From the sequence record OL451225.1: DNA of 64,000 nucleotides; one strand, written 5' to 3'. The position numbers and the translations under genes were made by a program. The notes below the pieces were generated by a model that was not told the origin of the DNA, did no database searches, and worked only from the letters and a program-made list of their open reading frames with translations. The DNA comes from Escherichia phage P896. Numbering within the stretch: position 1 is the stretch's first letter; the number at the start of each line of letters is the position of its first letter. This document shows positions 26,462 through 37,024 of this stretch, in pieces.

Positions 26462-28275
26462 TGGTGTTTAACCCTATGCATGATTTCTTTATTTTTGCCG
26501 AGATTAAATCCGCGTTCGTTCGGATTTCCCAAATAACCACAAGTTCTTCTTATTGTGTTCATCTTTTTAGGGTCAGTTTCTCCACAAATAGAACAAACAA
26601 ATCCGTTTTCAGTAGGAGTCATTTCATGGGTACTTCCACATGTAAAACATTTATCTACTGGCATATTAACACCAAAATAATCTAAATGTTGTGCAGCATA
26701 ATCCCACACAGCCTCAAGACCTTTTAGGTTATTTTTCATATCAGGAAGTTCAACATAAGAAATGTGACCGCCTGTCGCAATGAAATGATACGGTGCTTCG
26801 CGAGAAATCTTTTCAAACGGAGTAATATTTTCTTCTACTGAAACATGGAAACTATTAGTGTACCAGCCTTTATCAGTAACATCTTTTACACTTCCATATT
26901 TTTCAGTATCAAGTTTACAGAAGCGATAGCACAGGTTTTCAGCAGGAGTAGAATACAAGCTAAAAGCAAAACCGGTTCTTTCGGTCCACTGCTTAAGACG
27001 AGCATTCATTTTAGTTAAAATTTCTTGCCCAATATCACGACCGACAAGAATATTCAATTCGTGAATACCAATGTATCCCAAAGACACTGAACTTCTACCG
27101 TTTTTAAATAACTCAATTATATCATCATCGGGTTTAAGACGAACCCCGAATGCACCTTCTTGGTAAAGAATAGGAGCAACAGTCGCTTTAACTCCTTTTA
27201 AGGAATTAATTCTACACATCAAAGCTTCAAAACACAAATCCATTCGCTCATTGAACAATTCAGTAAATTTCTGTTCATTGAACTGTGTTCCAATATAAGA
27301 ATCTAACGCAATACGAGGAAGATTCAGTGTTACAACGCCAAGATTATTACGCCCATCAAGAATTTCATTACCAGCCGAATCTTTCCATACGCTCAAGAAA
27401 CTACGGCAACCCATCGGAGAAACAGGAACTGAAGAACCGGTAATAGCTTTATTATTCTTAACCGAAATAATGTCAGGATACATTCTTTTGCTTGCACACT
27501 CTAAAGCAAGCTGCTTAATATCATAGTTCGGGTCGTCTTTATAAAGATTAACACCTTCTTCAACGAACATAACAAGTTTAGGGAAAATAGGAGTTATCCC
27601 ATCACGACCAAGACCTTTAATACGATTTTTCAGAATTGCTTTCTGAATCATTCGTTCGGTCCAGTCAGTTCCGGTACCAAATGTAATTGTCACAAAAGGA
27701 GTCTGACCATTTGAGCTAAAGAGAGTATTTACTTCATATTCATAAGCTTGGAATGCGTCGTATACGTCTTTTTCTGTTTTAGATTGTGCATAATTCAACG
27801 CATCAGTGATTTGCCATTTTTCCGCGTCCTCAATATGTTTCGCATAGGTACGTTTAACATAAGGAGAAAGTACTTTATCTACATTCGCAAAAGTCGTTCC
27901 GCCATATTGATGGGAAGCAACCTGTGCAGTAATTTGTGCCATAATTGCAGTAGCAACACTGATTGATTTAGGAGTTTCAATCTGTGCATTACCGAGCTTA
28001 AACCCGTTCTCAAGCATTCCTTTTAAATCTACTAAACAGCAATTAGTAAATGGAAGAGCAGGGGAATAATCAATATCATGGAAATGAATAATTCCACTTT
28101 CATGTGCTTTCATAATAAAAGACGCGACCATATTTTTGGCAATGTGTTTAGATACAATACCAGCCATAAGGTCCCGTTGAGTTGGAAAAACACGAGAATC
28201 TTTATTAGCATTCTCGTTTAAAAGGTCTTTATTAGTTTTATGAATCAATCCTTCAATTTCGTTTTCAATTGTCAT
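26458..28275 (-). CDS. nrdD: Anaerobic ribonucleoside-triphosphate reductase NrdD
   Basis: 605 aa as T4 NrdD; C-terminal glycyl-radical motif RTCGYLG and Cys4 Zn site; contiguous ORF (no intron). Confidence 0.93.
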   Translation of the reverse strand: MTIENEIEGLIHKTNKDLLNENANKDSRVFPTQRDLMAGIVSKHIAKNMVASFIMKAHESGIIHFHDIDYSPALPFTNCCLVDLKGMLENGFKLGNAQIETPKSISVATAIMAQITAQVASHQYGGTTFANVDKVLSPYVKRTYAKHIEDAEKWQITDALNYAQSKTEKDVYDAFQAYEYEVNTLFSSNGQTPFVTITFGTGTDWTERMIQKAILKNRIKGLGRDGITPIFPKLVMFVEEGVNLYKDDPNYDIKQLALECASKRMYPDIISVKNNKAITGSSVPVSPMGCRSFLSVWKDSAGNEILDGRNNLGVVTLNLPRIALDSYIGTQFNEQKFTELFNERMDLCFEALMCRINSLKGVKATVAPILYQEGAFGVRLKPDDDIIELFKNGRSSVSLGYIGIHELNILVGRDIGQEILTKMNARLKQWTERTGFAFSLYSTPAENLCYRFCKLDTEKYGSVKDVTDKGWYTNSFHVSVEENITPFEKISREAPYHFIATGGHISYVELPDMKNNLKGLEAVWDYAAQHLDYFGVNMPVDKCFTCGSTHEMTPTENGFVCSICGETDPKKMNTIRRTCGYLGNPNERGFNLGKNKEIMHRVKHQ

Positions 28276-28745
28276 TTTAAACTCTTTCTAAGCTGCTTCT
28301 TAAATGAAGCCATTAATTGTGTTTTTGTGTCAGATTCATTATAATTCATACCGTTCAAAAGCATTTCCCGAATCATTTCTTCTTTCCCCAGGCGACCGAA
28401 CTCTTTGGCTTTGTCTGCCACAAAATTAGGGTGAATATTGTTTTCGGTATAATCAGATTTCAGATAGACAAGCAAACTCTCTAACCATTCCAGGTAGTCA
28501 ACATCGCGACCTTTTAGACCCGAACGGCTGAACTTATGCTTCATTTGTCCTTCTGTTCCATTGCACAGATTGCATAGTAACCCGCGAACCTTACCGGCTT
28601 TTGGTCCGTTCAATTCGTGGTCATGGTCAAGATGGTTGGCCTGAACATCAGAGTCCAAATCACGGTGGCAAATTGGACACTTACCAGCTTGTGCATCATA
28701 AAGTTTTTGTTTTTCTTCTTTGTATAATTTGCCAGTCAACAACAT
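28272..28745 (-). CDS. 49: Endonuclease VII (Holliday junction resolvase) gp49
   Basis: 157 aa; near-identical to recalled T4 gp49 (MLLTGKLYKEEKQK...HLDHDHELNGPKAGKVRGLLCNLCN). Confidence 0.95.
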   Translation of the reverse strand: MLLTGKLYKEEKQKLYDAQAGKCPICHRDLDSDVQANHLDHDHELNGPKAGKVRGLLCNLCNGTEGQMKHKFSRSGLKGRDVDYLEWLESLLVYLKSDYTENNIHPNFVADKAKEFGRLGKEEMIREMLLNGMNYNESDTKTQLMASFKKQLRKSLK

Positions 28746-28780
28746 AATAAACCCTTACCATTATTAGATAAGGGTATTTA

Positions 28781-28966
28781 TTATTTTTCAAATGTGCTAT
28801 AGAACGAACGATGCAACCGTTTAAATTGACGAATCATCTTTTTGGTAGGACGAGTATACAATCCTACACAGGTGGCCATAAACTGGTCAGTAGGACTTCC
28901 TTTGATAAGAAGTTTCCAGACCTTGTCACCGTTTAACTTTTCGGTATAGACTAATTTAGTTTTCAT
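28781..28966 (-). CDS. Hypothetical protein (61 aa)
   Basis: ORF track. Confidence 0.45.
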   Translation of the reverse strand: MKTKLVYTEKLNGDKVWKLLIKGSPTDQFMATCVGLYTRPTKKMIRQFKRLHRSFYSTFEK

Positions 28967-29235
28967 TAAACAATCCTAAAACAAGGATAATGGCAGTCAA
29001 CGTTACCATTATCAATTATCATATACTCAGTGATACAGGTCCATGACCCTTCAATTTCTATGGTATCAAAAAGGTATTCATCTGTTTCAACAACGTCCCA
29101 AACATTACATTCAACGTCAGGGTCAAAACGTTGTCTTAACGCATGGATAACATCACCATTTTTAAATCCTGCGTCTTGAAGCTCTTTCATAAAACCTGAT
29201 TGAGCAGCATGAATATTAACAATTTCTAAAAACAT
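28966..29235 (-). CDS. Hypothetical protein (89 aa)
   Basis: ORF track. Confidence 0.5.
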   Translation of the reverse strand: MFLEIVNIHAAQSGFMKELQDAGFKNGDVIHALRQRFDPDVECNVWDVVETDEYLFDTIEIEGSWTCITEYMIIDNGNVDCHYPCFRIV

Positions 29236-29525
29236 TAAAAGACCTCATCAGAAAAGCGGAGTTGAGCTTCAAGCCAATGAATGTAGTCAGCTGCAGCAAA
29301 AATTAAAGCAGATTCTTCATCAGGTAACTTACGGGAATCCGACAATTCGTAAAGTGAATGTTCAATCAGACGGCCTTTATGACGGCCAACTTCAATTTTG
29401 GTACTCATATCCAAACTCCATATCGATTAAATCATTGTTTGAAGGTTCATTATAATCTATTTCGGAATCGTTGTAAACCGGTTCCTCTGGCTCGACGGTT
29501 TCCCATCGAGCGGTATACCATGGTT

Positions 29526-29846
29526 TTATAGCGTAATCCATTCTCGGATAGTTTGGGTTACGACACGTTCTTGGAGCTTAACCAGTTCAACAGTCGGGAC
29601 CATATGGTCCCAGTCGGTATGATAAGAGCCGGTACGAGTTTCGTTTACAGCCACATGCACATTATGTTTTTTGCTGAAATAAATTGCCTGGCGATATTGG
29701 TATTTGCCGGTTTGTGTCCATTCGCCTAATTCAACCGGAACCAGGTAGTCCGAAAATTCAAACTCGTATGATTCAGTAAACGCATCATGGTCTTCAATGA
29801 TTTCGCTTAAAACAGCATCAACATCTAATTCATTTTCAATAGTCAT
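29526..29846 (-). CDS. Hypothetical acidic protein (106 aa)
   Basis: ORF track. Confidence 0.5.
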   Translation of the reverse strand: MTIENELDVDAVLSEIIEDHDAFTESYEFEFSDYLVPVELGEWTQTGKYQYRQAIYFSKKHNVHVAVNETRTGSYHTDWDHMVPTVELVKLQERVVTQTIREWITL

Positions 29847-30151
29847 TGGTCACTCCAATAGCTTGATACTTCAAAATCAGGCTCGCCGTTTTCCCAGTAC
29901 CAAGGACCAACCGGATGCCAATCGCCATGCTTATCTTCTTCATATTCTTCAGATTCAAGCCCAACGTATTGCCATTGGACTTCATAAGCAGTGCCGCCGA
30001 TTACAACAGTGTTCTCACCATACGGGTGAGCCACAGCAAAGTCAATACCTTCTGCTTTAGCCAACCAAACCATATATTCGTATAGTTTATATTCCAGGTC
30101 ATCTTCGGTACCATCACCTAGAAAAATGGTTTGTTCGTTTAATTCAATCAT
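29843..30151 (-). CDS. Hypothetical acidic protein (102 aa)
   Basis: ORF track. Confidence 0.5.
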   Translation of the reverse strand: MIELNEQTIFLGDGTEDDLEYKLYEYMVWLAKAEGIDFAVAHPYGENTVVIGGTAYEVQWQYVGLESEEYEEDKHGDWHPVGPWYWENGEPDFEVSSYWSDQ

Positions 30152-30336
30152 AATTCCACCATAAATTCAAATAGCTGGTCACGTACACAAGTATCAGTCC
30201 AACCCCATTCGTTGGCTTCTTCTTTTAACCAATCCGGGAGATTTGCCAATACGGTTTCTTTACTAGGCGCGGGAGTATCAAACTCTCTCGTCAACTCTCT
30301 TGCGCAGGTTTTATAGGCCATATCAAATTCAGTCAT
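30148..30336 (-). CDS. Hypothetical protein (62 aa)
   Basis: ORF track. Confidence 0.45.
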   Translation of the reverse strand: MTEFDMAYKTCARELTREFDTPAPSKETVLANLPDWLKEEANEWGWTDTCVRDQLFEFMVEL

Positions 30337-30490
30337 TTAAAGTTCCAGAATGAAGCACCAACCAGAAATAAAGGCCAACAAATCATAGACGTCAGCCACC
30401 AACAAAAGTCACCTGAATCATCTAATTTAGCTAGGGTCTTAGCATAACCAATACCGATGATAAGATACAAAACAACCAACATTAATTCAA

Positions 30491-30754
30491 TCATTTGAAA
30501 TACGCTCGCAGTTGGTCAAAGCCACCAATATGACTTCCATCAGGGGCAAATACCTGTGGCAAGGTCAAACCAATTTGAGATTCACGACCAAGTGCCGCCA
30601 GGAGTTGAGCAATCTTCTCATCATCAAACACACCTTTTTCTGGCATAACGTTGATGAACTCGTAAGGTTGTTTTTTAACATCCAAAAAACGTTTTGCATT
30701 ATCGCAGAATACACAGCGATGAATAGATGAATCATAACCATATACTTTAAACAT
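30491..30754 (-). CDS. nrdC: Glutaredoxin/thioredoxin NrdC
   Basis: 87 aa; MFKVYGYDS.IH.CV.CDNAKR...QVFAPDGSHIGGFDQLR.YFK near-identical to recalled T4 NrdC. Confidence 0.93.
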   Translation of the reverse strand: MFKVYGYDSSIHRCVFCDNAKRFLDVKKQPYEFINVMPEKGVFDDEKIAQLLAALGRESQIGLTLPQVFAPDGSHIGGFDQLRAYFK

Positions 30755-30755
30755 A

Positions 30756-31013
30756 TTATTCCTTAATTCCTAATACTTGTTTGAAGGTCTCAGTATAATC
30801 GGGGTATTGACCGGTTTGTTCTTTATGTTTGACCATAATACCATAAACTTCTGAACGCATATTATTATATGAACGAGTTAAAGCAGATTTCAATACTGAA
30901 TAACTATCCGGAAGTTTACCGTGTTCTTTATAATAGGCCAGAGTTAATTCACGGACCGCCTTATCAGCAGTCTCAAGATATTCTTTACGCTTTGCCATTT
31001 TCTTCTCGCTCAA
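30756..31013 (-). CDS. Hypothetical protein (85 aa)
   Basis: ORF track. Confidence 0.5.
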   Translation of the reverse strand: MSEKKMAKRKEYLETADKAVRELTLAYYKEHGKLPDSYSVLKSALTRSYNNMRSEVYGIMVKHKEQTGQYPDYTETFKQVLGIKE

Positions 31014-31278
31014 ATTTGTGTTTGCAATGTCTGCATTTATAACGAAGATTACTAGTCTGCCAATGGACTAACTGGACCTGTTCAGTTCCACATTCTGGAC
31101 AGTTTGGAACGCTCTTAGAAGCACGTTCCCGGCGGCGAACCATAGCCATTACCATATCCCAATCAGGAACCTGACTATAATCATCAGTCCAGTTTATAAG
31201 ACCTTTATTAACCCCCGCTGCGGGGGTCCATTCTGGAAATGCAGTTTCTGCAATATCTTCAGCTAAACGTTGTTTCAT
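30985..31278 (-). CDS. Zinc-ribbon protein (97 aa)
   Basis: CPECG...CRHCKH Cys4 motif. Confidence 0.5.
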   Translation of the reverse strand: MKQRLAEDIAETAFPEWTPAAGVNKGLINWTDDYSQVPDWDMVMAMVRRRERASKSVPNCPECGTEQVQLVHWQTSNLRYKCRHCKHKFEREENGKA

Positions 31279-32264
31279 TTCAGCAGCTCCAGAGCTTGTT
31301 CCAGTTTATCCAGACGATTGGTTGATTCTTCCCAAAGTCGCTTGGCTTTAGTATAGTCTTCAGTTGCCTTTTTATTAACAGCAAGAGCTTTATTATACGC
31401 CATTTCCAGAGCAATAATTTCAGGCGCTTTTTGTTTCACTGGCTCATTGTTCAGATTATCAATCAGGTCTTCAAGGGTGGTTTCTTGTGGTGCATTCATA
31501 ATTTCCTCACTTTTCTTTTTATGGATTTCTGTAACAGTTGGTTGCTTTGCACATTTAACTTCGCGTAATGTCACCACAATTTTCCAACCTTTCCAACCAT
31601 GAGTACTGGTGATAGGGTCTACTTTAATTTTTTCAACAGTGCGCATATAGTTAAGGGCACACACCAGCTGATGAGTAAGCGTACAGGCAACATCAAGATA
31701 CTTTTTGACATTTTCTGGAGTAGCCACCGGCGTAAAGAACTCATGCTTAACTGTAATAATTACCTGGTTTTCACCAGACTCTTTAACCTTTATCATGTGC
31801 TCAGCCAAATGGGAGATAGTGCGAAAATCACCGCCCATCAATTTTGTCGCTGATTTTATGATAGACATTTTATTATCTCTGAATTCACGAGCCCAGCAAT
31901 GTGCGAATTCAGAAACAGTATAGCCTTGTTTATCAAGGTAGTATTTTTCAACATCGCCAAACCAATGATACCCAATTGTACCTTTACCGCGGTTGGATTC
32001 AACACCAAACTTATGAAGAAGGTCTTTATTAACCAGGTACGCCAGGACTCTGGAACCTTTAAAAGTTTTCTTGATATCATCATTACCGGCACGACTCGCA
32101 ATAGTTGCAATGTCTTTCTTGAAGCGACCAGATGCAACAATCGTCGAATCAATCTGATTTAACCAATAATTGATAATTAAAAGGATAGCCGATTCGCCTG
32201 TCAATGGTTTTACTTTTGTGTCGATAGTTGCGTTAAAGGCCTGGATATATTCGTTACGTGTCAT
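31275..32264 (-). CDS. Hypothetical protein (329 aa)
   Basis: Long ORF, no motif recognised. Confidence 0.65.
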   Translation of the reverse strand: MTRNEYIQAFNATIDTKVKPLTGESAILLIINYWLNQIDSTIVASGRFKKDIATIASRAGNDDIKKTFKGSRVLAYLVNKDLLHKFGVESNRGKGTIGYHWFGDVEKYYLDKQGYTVSEFAHCWAREFRDNKMSIIKSATKLMGGDFRTISHLAEHMIKVKESGENQVIITVKHEFFTPVATPENVKKYLDVACTLTHQLVCALNYMRTVEKIKVDPITSTHGWKGWKIVVTLREVKCAKQPTVTEIHKKKSEEIMNAPQETTLEDLIDNLNNEPVKQKAPEIIALEMAYNKALAVNKKATEDYTKAKRLWEESTNRLDKLEQALELLK

Positions 32265-32322
32265 AGTGTTCTCCTCATAAAGTAGGAATTCATTATACTC
32301 CCTCCATCCTTGGAAGTAAACA

Positions 32323-33228
32323 TTATTTTAATGCTAAAATCGCCGCCTGCAATTTATTGCGTTGTGTTTCCATGTTCTTGATGCGATTCAGAACATCCTG
32401 GATACCCTTTTTCTCATCTTCAATCAGACCATTTAAGCGGTTGACTGATTCCTGGATAGCATCAGCATGATGTTTCTCAATAGGCTTCATTGATGGGTTA
32501 AAGATTCCAAGAGAGCTAGCCGGTTTGACTTTCCATTGGTACATATTTTTAACGTCCAGCGGTGAAATAGGCTGTGTTTTATATTGACCTGCAAATGCTG
32601 GACCATATGATGCGGATGATGCGATAGGGGTACGTTCTGTCATTTCTGGTTCCTTTTTCTCCTGATAAGGAGCGTAAGACAAAAGATATTCTTTAGTCAA
32701 TTTAATATCAATGGTTATAGTTTTAAGGAATTTTTCCGTTTGGTGGATATAATTTGTATCTTCTTCAAACGTGTATGCTTCAACAGCATGGCGCATATAA
32801 AACAGCGCAATACCCATAACCTCTTTAAAGGTATCACAAAGAGCAACATCACCCTTGGTGGTTGGCTTGAACTTAATCTGCACACCATCATTCTTGATAT
32901 TGATAATCAAGTTACTGGAGGTAAAATTATAGTTCTTGATGTTAACTGGAGCTTTACGAATACGAAGTCCAGCTGCCAGGATTTCCTTGATACTCTTACG
33001 AACTGTGACACCAAACAAAAACGCAGGGCGGCGGCAGTAATCATTCAGAGAGTTAATTCTTACAATACGTTGACCATACCCCTGGGTGGCAGAACCAGAT
33101 TTGATTTTGCCAAAGTTAACCAGAGAATTCATCGCAATAAGACGGGTTGCACGTCCTTCACGCTGTTCAAATCGAGAATATTCTTTACGTGTTTTAATGT
33201 TCATATCAGAGTCCAAATAATTTTTCAT
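32323..33228 (-). CDS. Hypothetical protein (301 aa)
   Basis: Long ORF, no motif recognised. Confidence 0.65.
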   Translation of the reverse strand: MKNYLDSDMNIKTRKEYSRFEQREGRATRLIAMNSLVNFGKIKSGSATQGYGQRIVRINSLNDYCRRPAFLFGVTVRKSIKEILAAGLRIRKAPVNIKNYNFTSSNLIINIKNDGVQIKFKPTTKGDVALCDTFKEVMGIALFYMRHAVEAYTFEEDTNYIHQTEKFLKTITIDIKLTKEYLLSYAPYQEKKEPEMTERTPIASSASYGPAFAGQYKTQPISPLDVKNMYQWKVKPASSLGIFNPSMKPIEKHHADAIQESVNRLNGLIEDEKKGIQDVLNRIKNMETQRNKLQAAILALK

Positions 33229-33421
33229 AGAGTTTAGCGATAGGCCACAGAATTAGCATACATAACCAGGCAAAGCAAAATACTGGCCATACAAATGTAA
33301 TGAATACCGCATCATAGCTTGATTCAATTTTAACCGGGTTCCATGCGCCTGTTTTATGCGCAATCAAAGCAGTAATAAATCCTATCACAAGATAAGCAAG
33401 AATAAAACCAATAATTTCCAT
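33206..33421 (-). CDS. Small membrane protein (71 aa)
   Basis: Two hydrophobic helices. Confidence 0.5.
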   Translation of the reverse strand: MEIIGFILAYLVIGFITALIAHKTGAWNPVKIESSYDAVFITFVWPVFCFAWLCMLILWPIAKLYEKLFGL

Positions 33422-33423
33422 AA

Positions 33424-34269
33424 TTAATCCTTAAGAAGATTTAGGATATCGATATATTTCTGACGTTCAGCCTTGGCTTTAGCATTCAGACCGGAGAGTC
33501 GGAAAATCTCATCATCTTGTTGTTGAATTGTAACATTCAAGCAAGTAAGCAAATTGCTAAAATACTCAATCTGGGCTTGATGCTTCTCATTGCTTCGCAC
33601 TGGAACAGGTTCCATTTTAGGAGCTTGTTCTGAAGAGTCTTCAGCCAGGTCTTTAATTTTATAAAGTTTAATACGCTGACCTGCTCCAGTTTCGGCATCA
33701 CCAAAACTAAGAACACCATGCTGTTCTAATTCAGACAAGGCCAATCGGAGATGGAACTTCCAGTTGTCATATTGACAACCACTGTAATGGGAAATGGTAT
33801 ACTCATTTTCATTTCTGGGGTGGTTAACAATACTAAAGATAATCCAATCACCCGAACCATTGGTTTTAAAGGTCATTTGTTTATCTTGACCTTTTGCAAG
33901 GCGAGCACCTAGTGCTAGTAAACGTCGTTGGTTGGCATGAAGGTCTTTAACCACTTCATCAAACGTCATGGTGTTAATCGCACGACCATAAAGGTCGTAG
34001 CCTTTGTTATATTTTTTAAGAATAATTTTGGCATTAGCACGAGACAACATACCTGTTTTACGAAGAGTTTTCATGACTCGGTCTTCTAACGTAAACGAAC
34101 CTTTAGTCTTGTCAAAGATTTTAGTGAAGTCATTTTTAACAGTACAAACATTGAACTTGTCCCACATCATATATAGAACCTTTTCAACCACTTCTTTAGA
34201 ACTCGGGATACGACCAAATTTAATAACTTTTTTAACTTCAGAACGAATTTCATTAATTGCTTGTGACAT
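33424..34269 (-). CDS. Hypothetical protein (281 aa)
   Basis: Long ORF, no motif recognised. Confidence 0.65.
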   Translation of the reverse strand: MSQAINEIRSEVKKVIKFGRIPSSKEVVEKVLYMMWDKFNVCTVKNDFTKIFDKTKGSFTLEDRVMKTLRKTGMLSRANAKIILKKYNKGYDLYGRAINTMTFDEVVKDLHANQRRLLALGARLAKGQDKQMTFKTNGSGDWIIFSIVNHPRNENEYTISHYSGCQYDNWKFHLRLALSELEQHGVLSFGDAETGAGQRIKLYKIKDLAEDSSEQAPKMEPVPVRSNEKHQAQIEYFSNLLTCLNVTIQQQDDEIFRLSGLNAKAKAERQKYIDILNLLKD

Positions 34270-34332
34270 AATAATTTCCTCAATAGATTAATCAAAGGTC
34301 AGAACCATTATACCATCCTTGGTATAAAGCGT

Positions 34333-34857
34333 TTATGCGAGAACCGTCTTTAAACGCTCTTCAAACTTCTGAAGGAGTACCTGGCGCTCTGCTCTTTGTT
34401 TGGTATAGGTTTCAATACGCTCTGAAGTGAGATTGTATTGTTCATTAACTGATTCCCTCATGAATTCAGGAATCTCTTTACACGCCTTGATTTCATTGAA
34501 CTTATCAAGCACCGCTTGTTGTTCAGCAATCAGACCATCATAATATTGGATATCTGATTTGATGTTTTGTACATCAGATTCAGTAGGCATATTTTTCTTC
34601 GCTCTTGTCGCTTGATATTCTGCATTAGTCTCTCTTGACCAGAACAAAGAGCGGTTTTTGTTGGTGTTTTTATACACATCAACAATACCAACTGAATCAA
34701 CAGTCACAATCCAGTTCCAGGCGTTTTTATAAGTCTGACCACCTGATACTGTAATCTCACCTGCACAAGCAACATCATTAAAGAACTTGCTTTGCGCTTC
34801 TGATTTAAAATTACCATTATTGTAATTAATCAGATTAAAGATTGATTTTGCGTCCAT
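34333..34857 (-). CDS. Hypothetical protein (174 aa)
   Basis: ORF track; family B promoter upstream. Confidence 0.6.
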   Translation of the reverse strand: MDAKSIFNLINYNNGNFKSEAQSKFFNDVACAGEITVSGGQTYKNAWNWIVTVDSVGIVDVYKNTNKNRSLFWSRETNAEYQATRAKKNMPTESDVQNIKSDIQYYDGLIAEQQAVLDKFNEIKACKEIPEFMRESVNEQYNLTSERIETYTKQRAERQVLLQKFEERLKTVLA

Positions 34858-34925
34858 TTTATTCTCCAGTATTTGGTAACTCAGTATGGGAACATTATAC
34901 GTCTATCCCCATACTATGTACACAT
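34858..34925 (-). promoter_or_regulatory. T4-type early promoter + leader (family B)
   Basis: Minus ...TGTACATAGTATGGGGATAGACGTATAATGTTCCCATACTGAGTTACCAAATACTGGAGAAT. Confidence 0.6.
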
Positions 34926-35228
34926 TTAATTAAAAGTTCTTTCAGTATTTTCACCACTGAACCAGACGCTCTTAACGGCTTGCTGGGCACGATGAAGCTG
35001 CTCTGCCATATAAACACCAAGGGCCTCGGCTTTACGTGTCCTGTGAGCTTCTGCGGCGACCATTTGCAGCTTATCCATCATGATAAGAGCTTTACATTTC
35101 TCCTTCAGAGCATATCGCTTCTTCTCTTCTGGAGTTTTGACCATTCCTCTTAACTTGTGCATTTTCAGCTTAAAATGGTCAGCAGATTTCAGACATGCAT
35201 CAATCATGTCAAGTTCATACTTCTTCAT
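34926..35228 (-). CDS. Hypothetical protein (100 aa)
   Basis: ORF track. Confidence 0.5.
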   Translation of the reverse strand: MKKYELDMIDACLKSADHFKLKMHKLRGMVKTPEEKKRYALKEKCKALIMMDKLQMVAAEAHRTRKAEALGVYMAEQLHRAQQAVKSVWFSGENTERTFN

Positions 35229-35234
35229 AATTCC

Positions 35235-35441
35235 TCACTTGCGACGACGTTTTGGTAATGGTTTAGGGAAGAACATTGCTTTACCTGCAGGGGTCAAAGT
35301 CACACGCAAAGCATTACCAATACCAAGGGATGCTTTAACCAGACCTTTGGCTTTTAACTCACCAAATGCTTGACGTTGTTCAGGGTCACGAGTGTTAACC
35401 ATCAGACCTTTTTCACCAGCAGCTTTGATTAATTCTAACAT
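35235..35441 (-). CDS. Hypothetical basic protein (68 aa)
   Basis: ORF track. Confidence 0.5.
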   Translation of the reverse strand: MLELIKAAGEKGLMVNTRDPEQRQAFGELKAKGLVKASLGIGNALRVTLTPAGKAMFFPKPLPKRRRK

Positions 35442-35550
35442 TTTATTCTCCGTTTGTTTATTTGGTAACTCAGTATGGAATCATTATGCCTCATGACCAT
35501 CTGGTTGTACATTACTTTTTAAAATAAAAAAGGACCCCGAAGGGTCCTTA
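35442..35550 (-). promoter_or_regulatory. Terminator hairpin + early promoter/leader (family B)
   Basis: AGGACC-CCGAAG-GGTCCT hairpin (35525-35545) then TGTACA...CATAATGATTCCATACTGAGTTACC. Confidence 0.6.
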
Positions 35551-35554
35551 GAAT

Positions 35555-36565
35555 TTAACGATAATAGGAATTATGGTTGTCAAGATATACCTCTTCAACA
35601 AACTTGTCCCAGAACTTCATGTCCACCTTCGCAGGCATACCGTTCTTAGCAGCCTGAATGGCCAGGACTTCAACTTCATCGACGGTATTTTCCAACAGGC
35701 CTTGGACTACTTTAAAAGGCATATCACCAGCTTTTATTGCTTTAATAACAGAAGCATTTTTAAGCGGATAAACCAAATCGCCGGTTTGATAGATTTCCTT
35801 CAACTGGTATCCAGCACGATAAGCATGGCTCAGAGCTTTCCAGTCAATACCTTCATTGGCTTCTGCCTTACGAGCACGTTCACCATATTCGGCATCGAGC
35901 TTATTCAGAGATTGCTTGAGCTCGATTAAAGACAGGGTGGTTTGGTACTTACGTCCAAGAACAGTATAGAACGTTTGAGGACCTGTTTTCTCGTGGTTAT
36001 GGAATACCCATTCACAGAACTCATTTTCAGGGAGTCTGTGTTTGATATCTTCTACCTTAGTGCGACGTTGCTTAGTCGAACCGTCTTCTTGATAATCGAC
36101 CCACTGTTCAGGAATCTGGTTAACGATTGTCAGTACACCACGCAGTGCAGCCAATCGAGAACCTTTAACACCATATTTGGAAGCTTGCTTACGGACATAC
36201 CCCAAATAGGCTTTCATGTTAGTTGTATAGAACCGCGAACGGTTATCCTGAATAAACTTCCATACATCTGGTAAATCGGATTTGACAACCAGGTCAGCCG
36301 GTGTGTGAATCATGTCCAGGGCAACGGTTTCGCCATCGGCTGCCAGTTTAAAGAAATATTTCAGACTATAAAGTTCATGGTCAACATCATCTTTTGTATT
36401 TTTGGTAGCCGTGTTATTCGTGTTCAGGTTTGTATGGTTCATCGCGGTTCCGAGCAGGATATCTCGCGGATGAGGAACGAAGATTTCTTTAAAATCAACA
36501 TCAGATTCCGGAGTACTTGTTCCATAAAGGTGGGAGCCAAAATATCCCTTCATAACAGTTCTCAT
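35555..36565 (-). CDS. Pol-beta-superfamily nucleotidyltransferase-fold protein (336 aa)
   Basis: N-terminal GYFGSHLYGTSTPESDVDF = G[SG]-x9-13-DxD NTase signature; ATGA-coupled to upstream multi-TM gene. Confidence 0.6.
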   Translation of the reverse strand: MRTVMKGYFGSHLYGTSTPESDVDFKEIFVPHPRDILLGTAMNHTNLNTNNTATKNTKDDVDHELYSLKYFFKLAADGETVALDMIHTPADLVVKSDLPDVWKFIQDNRSRFYTTNMKAYLGYVRKQASKYGVKGSRLAALRGVLTIVNQIPEQWVDYQEDGSTKQRRTKVEDIKHRLPENEFCEWVFHNHEKTGPQTFYTVLGRKYQTTLSLIELKQSLNKLDAEYGERARKAEANEGIDWKALSHAYRAGYQLKEIYQTGDLVYPLKNASVIKAIKAGDMPFKVVQGLLENTVDEVEVLAIQAAKNGMPAKVDMKFWDKFVEEVYLDNHNSYYR

Positions 36566-37014
36566 TTTTTGTCCTCGAAGTGGATTACCGGACAGACCTT
36601 AGATTTACGAGCTTTAATGTACTGGATAACAATGTTTTCTTTAATTTCCTTTCCTTCACGTTTAGCTTTAATTAGTTGCCATTCCTTTTCTTCTTTACGT
36701 AAATCATACCAGGCCCATAAACTCATTATACAATACACAATACCAACGGCTACCGCTAGAATAAGGGCCAGTGTAACCAGTCCTAAAATAAAACCTAAAC
36801 TTAAACCAACAGGAGTACTCAATACAAAGAAATGCTCTAATACACCAGCACCTGCAACAGTTAAGCCGAAAATAGTACTACCTGCAAGCACAGAACACAT
36901 AAAGCACGCCCAAACCATTTTCCAGAAGTATGCGCATAATGAGCGCGGACGCGAATAACTGGCATAAAAACGGTCGTGTAGTTTAACGTGCCAAGAGTTT
37001 GTATTGATAATCAT
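36562..37014 (-). CDS. Multi-pass membrane protein (150 aa)
   Basis: Three or more hydrophobic helices, basic C-terminal tail. Confidence 0.6.
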   Translation of the reverse strand: MIINTNSWHVKLHDRFYASYSRPRSLCAYFWKMVWACFMCSVLAGSTIFGLTVAGAGVLEHFFVLSTPVGLSLGFILGLVTLALILAVAVGIVYCIMSLWAWYDLRKEEKEWQLIKAKREGKEIKENIVIQYIKARKSKVCPVIHFEDKK

Positions 37015-37024
37015 AATATTTTCC

